Assembly (NCBI GenBank): GCA_030704615.1
Contig: CM060731.1
Coordinates: forward strand, 92,938,001-93,002,000
DNA: 64,000 nucleotides
Reading direction: 5' to 3'
DNA from: Takakia lepidozioides
Lineage: Eukaryota > Plantae > Bryophyta
In this document: positions 50,757-61,069 of the stretch, piece by piece
Position numbering within the stretch: position 1 is the stretch's first letter
Layout: each line of letters starts with the position of its first letter
Program-made: the position numbers and the translations under genes
The notes under the pieces: generated by a model
The model's input: the letters and a program-made list of their open reading frames with translations, nothing else
The model's database searches: none
What the model was told of the DNA's origin: nothing

Positions 50757-52511
50757 GAAACAGGCTAAGTCCTGGCAGAAGAGAGTAGAAAAGATTCTCA
50801 AGGACCTGGACCTGGATCCGCAAGTATTGACCCAGCTGGATAAATCTGACTTAGAGGTGTAGTGTCTGAAGGCATGTCTGTTGCCATCAGATTGTCTGAT
50901 GAAAATGAAGTTAGGCAGAGAACTTCCCTGAAGTTGTTTCCAGTCAGTGACATGGGGGTGGACATCTTGGATGACCTCAAGGGTCTACCCACAAGTTGGA
51001 AGTAGACTGAAATTTAAACTCAGGGCAGGAAGCCTACCTTTGAACAACAAACAGAAGCAGAGAGGAAAGGGAGAGTGCAATTGTCCGTAGTGTGGGCAAT
51101 CTGAAGACAATATTCATTTTCTGATACACTGTCCGGGGTTCTCTCACCAAAGAGACGTTGTCTTCAATTCAATCAAGGGAATTGTGCCTGTACCCCTTTT
51201 ACCAACTTTGAAACTCTCGAGGCTGAGCCAAAAGCCGCGGCCCTCCTGAGGCCTAGTTTTGGGGCAAATCACACCCAGCAGATTGATGCTTGTGTGAAGG
51301 GTTTTCTAGAGGATATCTGGAAAACCCGGATTAAATCTTTATATGAAGGTAAGTCTTACTACCAACGTCAACCCCTGACTGAGGTAGGTTCTGTTCCTTT
51401 TGTTCCCGCTCAAACTGGGCGTGGGGTCAATGGCCAGAAGGCTACGGCAAACAACGTCTTATGAGTACAATGTATAATGGGGTGTCCATTTCCCCCATTT
51501 TACACCATGTTAGGAGGGAAGTACGAAGTGCCACCAGGCTTTGTCATTGAATTCTCCAAATTATGTCCCCGGCAATCAGGTTTTTCTTGAAGGGGTGTTG
51601 CCTGTGGAGTGTCCTAAAGTGTTCATTCACCTTGTCGCAAGGTGCTTGTAGGCTTTTCTTTAAGGGGGGACCTGCCTTGGAGTACAGATCTGCTATATGG
51701 GTTGATAGCTCCAACCAGGGTAAGTCTCTAGAATCCATTCAAGTGGGGGTGCTTAAGGAGTGTATGTCAGCATGCTCCAAAACAGCCAATGTGGTTGTTC
51801 GGGGTGAGTTTGGCATTCCATCCTTAAGCTCCCGACGAGATGAATTCAAGGTCAGATGGTGGGGTCAGCTGCAACATATGCCCAACACCAGATATCCTAA
51901 GTTGATCGACTCTATATCTTGGAAACAGGACCGCCCTGTCAAACAGGCTAAGTCCTGGCAGAAGACAGTAGAAAAGATTCTCAAGGACTGGACCTGGATC
52001 CGCAAGTCTTGACCCTGCTGGATAAATCTGCCTTAGAGGCTGTAGTGTCTGAAGCCATGTTTGTTGCCATGAGATTGTCTGATGAAATGAAGTTAGGAGA
52101 ACTTCCCTGAACTTCTTTCTAGTCAGTGACATGGGGGTGGACATCTTGATGACCTCAAGGGTCTACCCACTCTCGGCACTAGACTGAAATTTAAACTCAG
52201 GGCAGGAAGCAAGCCTACCTTTGAACAGCAAACAGAAGCAGAGAGGAAAGGGAGAGTGCAATTGTCCGTTGTGTGGGCAATCTGAAGACAATATTCATTT
52301 TCTGATACACTGTCCGGGGTTCTCTCACCAAAGACGTTGTCTTCATTCAATCAAGGGAATTGTGCCTGTACCCCTGTTCACCAACTTTGAAAGTTGAGAG
52401 GCTGAGCCAAAAGCCCAGGCCTTCCTGAGGCCTAGTTTTTGGGCAAATCACACACAGCAGATTGATGCTTGTGTGAAGGGTTTTCTAGAGGATATCTGGA
52501 AAACCCGGATT
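50757..52511 (+). mobile_element. Non-LTR retrotransposon (LINE) 3' remnants, two partly duplicated copies (50757-51335 and 51940-52511)
   Basis: LEY.SAIW..LESIQVGVLK..NVVVRGEFGIPSL..RWWGQLQHMPNTRYPK (post-RT region of LINEs); ~570-bp direct duplication. Confidence 0.7.
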
Positions 52512-53539
52512 ATTGGATTACTAGAAAACCCGGATTACCCGAACCTGGCAAAGTTGTGAAGTGGGTGGGGTCCTCATTTTACATACCAATCTGTAAGTGT
52601 GGATAGAGGAGGGTCTGATCAGAGTTGTCGTGCAATGATGATGTCAGGGCAGTATTTGAAACTGCAATAGTGAGAGTGAGTGTGAGTGTTAACATGACTT
52701 TTTGTGGTCATTAACATAGGGTAGTGTTGTGCTGGTGATTACTCTTCTGCATTAGCTGCATTTGTCACTCAGCTCTCTGTATTACTGCAGACATAGTGAC
52801 TAGGTTAGTGGGCGCGGGGATACCAATATTGGTTGCATCCCAACAGTATGTCTGACAAACCTCTGTTCAATCACTGTTGTCACAGAATGGTATGTCGCTC
52901 GTCAGGTTGACCATGCTAGCATACTGAGCTGGTACATGACAAATGCAGGCAAAGGAGCGAGGCCGAAGTCCATCGTTGCATGAAATCCAGGAAGGTTCAG
53001 TAAGCAGAACATTGACCAGCGAGCGGATGGTGAGATCCACGTGATCATTCTTTCTCCCATTTTTTGTCGATTATTTTGTTCTAGGCATTTTCCCTACCAA
53101 CGGCATGATGTTCTCATGTTGTTCATGGACTTGCGTGGACCTGGCAGGAGGGGACCTCTGGGTATTCAGCAATTGCTCGCAAAGTGGAGGATATGGAAAG
53201 AGCACAGGGTGCACAACACAAAGATATGATGGATTTGAAGGCTACAATATCGCATGTGATGATGTACCAGAAGGCCATGGCTGAGAAATTTGGGATCAGC
53301 ATTTCCTCACCTGCCTTAGTGGGCTCATCCATAGCAAACAGCTCGTGCATCGCTGGCCCTTCAGCCTCAAGACGTCTGGAGGACAGGTTTGACTTGCCTG
53401 GCATGTCACCAGGTAACGTCACTCCCGTTGATGCATTCGAGGATGATGTGCAGGTGGAGCATGTTGGCCAGGTGGAGGGGACGACACCCCTACCAAGGAA
53501 CTTACGCGTCCTCGTGCAGTTCTGTCACACTGTGCGGTA

Positions 53540-54393
53540 GTGGAGGCGCATGCAGAACTCCGGCCTGCTGCTGTCGCGGTGGGGGCATCTGAGACAACCC
53601 TGGACATTGACCTTGTTTCCCCGCGGGCAGATATTACCCAGCAACCCACGGTTGTCACTTCCACTCCCAACCTTCAATTAATGTCGGAGAATGTCGTGCA
53701 CACAATAGTGGAGAAGGGCAAGCATTTGCTCATCCTAGATATTAATGGATTGTTGTGTGAGTGCGTCCATGTCGGGAGCGGTAATGCGTTTGTGGTTCCA
53801 AATGGCCTTGAGCACAAATTATGTGGTAGCAAGATGGTCGTTGTAAGGCCTGGTTGCAAAGCTTTTTTGGACAAGTGTTTCGAACACTTTGAAGTGGCAG
53901 CATGGTCTTGTATGCAACCACGTAACTTCCTACCCACAGTGGACTGGCTTTTCCATGGGCACCGTGACCTTGCATTCAAGTGGGATGGGGGATATTGTGA
54001 GCAGTCCACTGACATGGATGGGAGCCTGCCCATGAAACCACGGTTTCTGAAGAACCTATCTACAGTGTGGCGGGCAACTGTGTCTGGAATCCTGAAACCA
54101 CTCTTCTTGTTGACGACACACCGCACAAGGGGTCAAAAAATCCAGCATACAGCGCCATTTTCCCACTGCCTTGGAGAAGTCGTTCTGTAGAGGCGCACAA
54201 TGATAATTTCCTTCTGACCAGCTTATGGCCCTTCTTGGAGGGGGCAGCTAAGGCTCCGAGCATTCCAGAATATCTCAAAGGGCAACCCACATTTGGGCAA
54301 CAAGCTATCAGCCCTCGAGCCATTCAGCCTCGCCAGGTAACATACTTTGTAGTGTGGTACACAGTGCCAGACATTAGAGGCATTTTTGTGTGA
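53540..54393 (+). pseudogene. FCP1/NIF-like HAD phosphatase domain inside the CACTA element (frameshift about 54080)
   Basis: HLLILDINGLL, VRPGCKAFLDKCFEHFEVAAWS, FLKNLSTVW, WNPETTLLVDDTPHKGSKNPAY. Confidence 0.8.
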
Positions 54394-54759
54394 CTCCCTT
54401 GTGCCATTGCCAGCCTCATTTGTGCTTAAGTTGTGGCAGTAAAACATGTTGTGATAGAGTTTGTCAAATTACTGTCGCAGTGTCAACTGTAGGCATTGAC
54501 AGTTTGGGTGCATCTTATTGTGTTAGTGTAATTTGAGTTCCCAGTGTAGATAATATACATTTTTGGTGCTTGTTGGTTGGTTGTAGGTGCTTGGCCACGA
54601 ACGAGGCCCCCCAAATCAAAGGGCAGCACACCTTCACCCTTTGAGGAAGCCGACACCACTGATCCCTGATTCGCAGAATGGGGTAAGTGTATGCATCTGC
54701 TATTCTCCCCTTCCCGACCTGGATAGACAAATTGTTATTAGCTCCTTGTAGACCTTGTA

Positions 54760-55111
54760 GACACAATACGTTTCCACGATCCATGTTCCACAATTCTCAT
54801 GCAATCTGCCATGTTTGGGCTGGGATGGCAGTTCGTGGTGGGACCATGTCAAGCTCATAGACACTGTTTCGCGATCAACAGCCGGATCTGGCCGCATTGC
54901 TGGTCTCCAAGGGATGGAGGTGAGTGAAGGGTACCCTGTTGTGCCAGAAGGCTATGTGGCCATCCACATTGATGATGTCCGCATTCCCAATGCCCCTCTA
55001 CCATATCACAACAAATCCATGAAGCCTCATCACACTGAGTTGGGAGACACTGTAGGTTACATTACTGTGTGGAGTGACAAACTAGTGAAGACCTTGCAGA
55101 CAAAGAGATGA
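54760..55111 (+). CDS. Probable last exon of the CACTA accessory gene (Tnp1/EnSpm C-terminal-like domain)
   Basis: VPEGYVAIHIDDVRIPNAPLPY..LGDTVGYITVWSDKLV resembles the C-terminal domain of CACTA TnpA-like proteins. Confidence 0.6.
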
Positions 55112-56331
55112 GGCAGGTCGGCTAGCATTGTGGATTTCTTGGGGATTTCCACCTGTGCCTCATCCGGATTTGGCAACTACGGTAACTTATAGTAGTGACA
55201 GTTTCTCTGAATTGACTGTCCAATTTTGATAGCAATCACATGTTGGATTTTCTCATGCATGTTGTTGCAAACTTATGCCTCATTAATGAGCAATGTGGTG
55301 GTAGGTGGTATGTCCCCATTGCACACACTATGGTTGGTTATGTTGTTGCTGTTCATATGTGGTTGATAATGGTGATGCTGGATGGTGATGTGTTGCTGCT
55401 ATTGTGGTCTTTCAGAATTACGTCTGTGCCACTTTTGTGCCACTTCTGTGCCTAAAGTCTTGCTGTATACATGATTGTGATGTTGTATGGCACATGCACG
55501 TGGCACCCTATTGGCTGCCTCTGTGGCATATCCACGTGTCCGTCTAGAGTCATAACCATGAGTACCGAACCCAATATGATACGTATGAGCATATTACATT
55601 CCGACACGTGACCCCCTAAGGTCCCCGCGCAGTTGGTCCTATGACTCCATATGCAGAACGTCCAGTCAAATGTATGTCTACGAAGCAGCACGTGAGGTTT
55701 AGAGGATCGTGCACGTGGCACCACCTGGGACTACAACGTCCTCATGGAATCCCCTGTTCATGGAATATACCGTACTGCGCCAGTCGTAGGTATGACTGGC
55801 AAGAATCCACCACAGCTCTCGAAAGTCCAGCACGTGGGCACACACGAACGTGGCATATGGTGTCCCCAGATGCTGCCACGTGTTGACCCCAAATTTCCCC
55901 CCATGAAGACATACATGTGACTGCGAAGCCCCGTCCCCCACAGTGACACGTGGCAATGATATGTCGCACCACGCGTTTCTTCTATGACGCGACACGTGCT
56001 GTCGTTTAATTCCCTCGTCCGCTGTCATAGCTGGCAGTGAGGGCTGGCGTCGTAGTCTGACACGTGGCATGTTCTGTAGCCACCACGTGTCTGTCTGACA
56101 CCGCGGCTGACATGGACTACACTGTCCGTTCAGTCATTCAGTAATGCCAGCGTGTATGACTACCCCCACAGCTGCTCTGGCGCCACGTGACAGCCAGCCT
56201 GGAGAGTCATATCTGCCATGTCACAACTGACTAGGTCTTTACGTCTTCAGAGTCAAGAAGTCGTAAATGGCTTCCATGACTGCATTTGCAGTCATAACAC
56301 AGAGACGTAAAAGCCGCTTTTTGTTGTAGTG

Positions 56332-56551
56332 TTGGTAAACAAACCTCTGATAAGCGGAAGAATAGCAAGATGGTTGATAATCTTGCACGAGTTTGAGTTT
56401 GAGGTTGTTTACAAGCCTGGGAGGCTGCATCTTGTGGCGGATCACTTGTCAAGGTTATCAACAGGAGAACCAGCCACGGGAGTAGATGATCAATTACCAG
56501 ATGCGAGTCTATTTGCAGTGGAGGTGCAGGGAAGTGCAGATAACTGGTTAG
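56332..56551 (+). pseudogene. Continuation of Gypsy pol (end of RNase H) up to the gap
   Basis: VNKPLISGRIARWLIILHEFEFEVVYKPGRLHLVADHLSRL. Confidence 0.93.
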
Positions 56552-57051
56552 NNNNNNNNNNNNNNNNNNNNNNNNNNNNNNNNNNNNNNNNNNNNNNNNN
56601 NNNNNNNNNNNNNNNNNNNNNNNNNNNNNNNNNNNNNNNNNNNNNNNNNNNNNNNNNNNNNNNNNNNNNNNNNNNNNNNNNNNNNNNNNNNNNNNNNNNN
56701 NNNNNNNNNNNNNNNNNNNNNNNNNNNNNNNNNNNNNNNNNNNNNNNNNNNNNNNNNNNNNNNNNNNNNNNNNNNNNNNNNNNNNNNNNNNNNNNNNNNN
56801 NNNNNNNNNNNNNNNNNNNNNNNNNNNNNNNNNNNNNNNNNNNNNNNNNNNNNNNNNNNNNNNNNNNNNNNNNNNNNNNNNNNNNNNNNNNNNNNNNNNN
56901 NNNNNNNNNNNNNNNNNNNNNNNNNNNNNNNNNNNNNNNNNNNNNNNNNNNNNNNNNNNNNNNNNNNNNNNNNNNNNNNNNNNNNNNNNNNNNNNNNNNN
57001 NNNNNNNNNNNNNNNNNNNNNNNNNNNNNNNNNNNNNNNNNNNNNNNNNNN
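56552..57051. other. Assembly gap (500 N)
   Basis: Run of N; sequences on either side are unrelated. Confidence 1.
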
Positions 57052-58374
57052 GGTTGGAATGCTTTTGATGAGCGCTACTGGCGGTGGGTTTTCTCCTTTT
57101 GCAATTTTTTCCTGTCCGATGCAGGTGTTTTGGTGCTCATACAGTCCGCCGACGTTCGCTGTCGCCGTGCACTTGCCAGCTATTTGAAAGCCTCGGGCAT
57201 GAGAGTCCTGAAGACATGGAATTGTGTGAACAGCATGTACCTTACGAAGGGGGATCGTCCGGGAGAGATGGTAAATTTACCTTCTTCTTCCTCTTCTTGG
57301 TGGTTCTCGGATGGAGTTGTATAGGTCGCTCGATCTCATATGTAGGGGCCTGATTTTTTAAGCTTCTTAGTTCCTTCTGAATATGTTGTTCGCAGACTCG
57401 TTTGTTTGAAGCTGTTTGTCTCGTCCGAGTGCATCCACCAACGACTCCGGCCGGCATTTTGGAGTTCGCCATCACTCATGGGGGCAAGTTCATAGACGAC
57501 AGGACAGATCCTCCAACGGATGACATGCACCACAACTACGTCGACAACAACGTCTGCTTGCGAAGGGGGAATGGGGTTCCTTGGAGAGGGGCGAGGGAGA
57601 GGAGCCCGGCTTTCATTCAAACGATTGTGGAGTGCTGCACCTACACAGACGCCAGAGTTCTGGATTTGTCAATGGGCACAGGTTCGTCTCTTCAACATTC
57701 GGATTTCATGAGGTTTGATTGAGCTTGCACTTTCAGTACTTCCCACCGTTCCATATGTGTCTTCAATGTCTGCTTCCTTCATTCTATTCCACTGCAGGTG
57801 CTTCGTACCACGCTTGCAAGGCCAGTGCCCGACATCTCTTTGGGATTGAAGGGGATGCTGAGATTTACAACAACCTCCTTATGGGTTTGGGTGGACACAC
57901 TTCTCAAGTCCTTCCGAAGCCCCGTCCCGCTGATATTGATACAGAGGAGACTTCCGACAAGGAGCTGGACTCCGACTTTGCCTGTGAGTAAGTTCAACCT
58001 GTGCATGCTTGCATTGTTGTTTCAATATCGAGAATCACTCTTCTTGAGGCAAAGTTCACATGGCAGACATCCTCTTTGTTGGACTTGTGTATTGCATATT
58101 GTGTTCTGAATGGGTTTTTGTCGACATGTGCAGGAGTCCGCGTGCTTCCACTTGCCCTCCAGGGCTATCACACCTGTTTGGACTTCTTTCCAGTCCTCCT
58201 CGGTCTTGCGTGCTACCTGTCTATGCGGAGGCACTCGCAACAAGCATGGCCGTTCATGGCACTCGGAGTCCACCTATCCACGGCCGTGGTAGAAGACGTG
58301 GTGTTGGGGCCAGAATCTTTGTGGATGACATAGCACAGGAGGTCGAGACTGATTCTGATGACTGTGACACTTGA
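57052..58374 (+). CDS. 3' exons of a ParB-MTase accessory gene (family F): beta-class amino-methyltransferase-like domain + acidic tail
   Basis: FLSDAGVLVLI..VLKTWNCVN / WRGARERSPAFIQTIVECCTYTDARVLDLSMGTG / ASYHACKASARHLFGIEGDAEIY, matching the KP..LI...S..GD.VLDPF.GSG.T..AA...GR..IG.E.D pattern; same intron positions as 33180-33950. Confidence 0.8.
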
Positions 58375-58989
58375 TATGAAGTTTTCTTTTCGTTTTATTT
58401 GGGGCCAAATTTGAAATAGGATGGTTGTGTGTCCTTGTTGTCCTGTTTGCAATGTGTGCGTGGAATGCACATTAATGGGAACAAACTATTGTTGGAGATG
58501 GGGGTTGCATGGACTGCCCGGATTGTTCCTTCAATCTATTTAGTGTTCTCTGGACCTCACAGACTTGAGTGCATTGCAAATACAAACAAACGACTTTGGT
58601 TCGTGTAGAGCATTCTCGCATCAGTTGCTCGTTGGTCTCCAAACCATTCCTGCTAGATGAATGGTTGGTGAATCCATCACGGTGAAGTCCACCTCATCAA
58701 AGAGCTGTGAGGCATTCTCAAATCTAATGAGCATCCATGATGCTCCCGCACATACCTGGCATGTTCGCAAGGGTGGTGAGTAAGAAAAGATTTCGCAGGG
58801 TTCCGCTTTAGATCATGTCAGTGTGCACCTCCTCACGACGTACCCACATAAACTTCTGAGGACTTGGAATGTTGATAACGTTTTCATGGATGCAATGGAT
58901 ACAATGGATGTAACATATCCACTCTGCATTCCCGGGAAATGGCTGATCAACCCGCGGAAATAGGTGACACCCGCGGAAATAGGCCCTGT

Positions 58990-59080
58990 ATGTATGCTGA
59001 CGTGGCGTGAGCCTGTGCTGGGCTCACGGTTTCCTGGGCTCACAGGCTCACGCCTCCGGGCTCACAGAATAGCACCCCCC
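58990..59080. mobile_element. Right terminus of family-F element with GCTCAC subterminal repeats
   Basis: Ends GCTCACAGAATAGCACCCCCC (reverse complement GGGGGGTGCTATTCTGTGAGC), similar to the GGAGGTT..CTATTTCATGAGC termini; truncates the ParB-like frame of family E. Confidence 0.65.
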
Positions 59081-60925
59081 TTGTCCACCTCATCGGAAGT
59101 GTGGGCACGGGAAGCTCCGTGGTTGTTCTCAATGGAAACGTAAAATGCGGCAGACCCCATTCGATATCCATCCCGGAAAGAGAATTTCAGCTTGTCGATA
59201 TCGCCTGGGAGGGCAGGTCTCACCACCTGCAATGACACCAAGCGGCAAAGGGGAATTCGAAGCTTGGCCGGGTACACCATGCCCCCCAGCACCCTGCCAA
59301 TGTTGCTGTGGGTTGCCTCCAACATCTTGGCAACGGCCAACTTCATATCCGCCTCAGACATGACGTCTGCTGCAGAGGGGTTTTCCGGCAGCCCACCAGG
59401 ACCGCCAAATCCAGCCTGTATGCTCCGGGTTTGGGGCCTGGGGATGTCCGGGAGGATGTCATCCTGGTCAGAAAGCTCCCTGTCGTCCTCCTCAACAGGG
59501 TCAGCCACCTGCAAAACCACCTCCAGCACTCTCCCCGTCTCTACTGCCCTCTCCCTGGCTTCACCTCCAACTTGCACAATCCGTGCTCTTTCTGGTGTTC
59601 TTTCCTCTCCTCCACTCTCCACCATATGGGTAATTGCAGGGGCTGCTCTTGCCCGCGATGGTCTAACCGGTGTGTTACTGCCTCTTTGTGGTGTCTTGGA
59701 GGGATCCACCGTCTCTGTGCGTCCCTCGCTTACATTGGCATCTGTCATTTGGGCACCCCTGGCCTGTTTAGTGGCCTTTTCTCTTTCCTCCTGGCTAGCA
59801 TTCTGTCTCGTCTGTTCTTTTGCCCTCTCTTTTGCCCTCTCACGGGCTGTCTGTTTCTTACTAGGGCTAGTAGCAGGGGAGCCCTCCAGGACGACCACCT
59901 TTGATTGAGGCGAACTGACACCCTCGCGCGCACTGCTCACTCCCCCCTCCGCAGCCCGTGACGGCTCTCTCGCCGGGGATTGCATGTGCTTAGTTTTCTT
60001 CTTTTTCTTTGCGTGGGCGAGCCCTACTACATGTGCATCAACAACCTCCATTGCCGGATCTGCTGTCCTCATGTCCTCACGCCCTTCACCTGCCATGCCG
60101 CCTGCACCAACCTCCCGATGCCTATTCTGTCGTACTCTCGTTGCAAGTCCTCCCGTCCACCAACAAAAGGTTTAAGTTTGCCCTCTCGCCCCAAGTTGGG
60201 CGATTCAAACATGCGATGAGTTGGAGCTGTCGATGATACCACCAGCGTGCCGGGCTCGTCGTCACTCTGTCATTGACAAAAATCGTGAGAACCAACATCG
60301 GTGCCAAAACCAGCATCGCAACGAGCAGCGCAACCACCATAGCAACAATCGTGTAACAAAAATGAAAACATAACAAGTTTAGGAAGTATGGAGAGCCATG
60401 CAACAACAATGAAAACAAATGCAACCATTGCCTGAGAATGACATGCACAAGCAGCCTTCTCCAGAGCTGCCGGATTTGCACACGCATTGCAAACAATCTA
60501 AGGTTCACTCAACTATCTAAGGTTCACTCATCCAGCGAAGCCAGGATGAAGATGCAAAAACAAAGCGAGGCAACAAAGCGAAAGCGAAAGCGAAAGCGAA
60601 AGCGAAAGCGAAAGCGAAAGCGAAAGCGAAAGCGAAAGCGAAAGCGAAAGCGAAAGCGAAAGCAAAAGCGAAATCGAACAAAGCGAAAGCAGAAGTGGCT
60701 TGCCTGAGAGTACTCGGCTTCAGTTGGCGCGGGTTGTGAGCAAGACACTGGAATCTCCTGCTGGAGCTTCAGTTTGGCCATGCGAGAGATTGGCCGTCGT
60801 CCGTAGTACAGAGCTTTCAACTTCCGCCGCGGTCTGGATGTGAGGTCGCTCTCAGGAGAGCCACGCCCTTCAGGCGGCATAAGTCCCAGCCAAAATGGAA
60901 AAAGATCTCCGTTTTTGGGGTACAT
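59081..60925 (-). pseudogene. 5' part of family-E accessory gene (first exon + low-complexity region + start of ParB-like domain)
   Basis: RPRRKLKALYYGRRP..LQQEI matches RPRRKLRKLYFGRRP..LQEEI at 29216; KMLEATHSNIGRVLG..LRIPLCRLVSLQVVRPALPGDIDKLKFSFRDGYRMGSAAFYVSIEN. Confidence 0.85.
60575..60690. repeat. (AAAGCG)n microsatellite
   Basis: About 14 perfect plus several degenerate hexamer copies. Confidence 0.95.
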
Positions 60926-61069
60926 GCCTCGAATAGCATGTTAAGACAAGATTAGCATCAGATTTAGGGTACGTATCCAGGAAGCCATGTGTTGCCAGCC
61001 CGAATGAAAACGGATGGCGGTGGACATTTATTGCCCAACTGCGCAATTAAATGTCGGATGAAGCCCTCC

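Larger units (their letters stand above)
45329..56331. mobile_element. CACTA/EnSpm DNA transposon (11,003 bp) inserted in Gypsy RNase H
   Basis: TIRs CACTACAACAGATTGCGGCTTTTA and TAAAAGCCGCTTTTTGTTGTAGTG; TSD CTG/TTG; removal restores ALIYL-VNKPLISGRIARW. Confidence 0.95.

Noticed and set aside
56329-57324. Apparent RNase H - methyltransferase fusion ORF
   Set aside because: Artefact of reading through the 500-N gap; the two sides belong to different elements.
60438-60707. Poly-KR / poly-RF ORFs
   Set aside because: Product of the (AAAGCG)n microsatellite.
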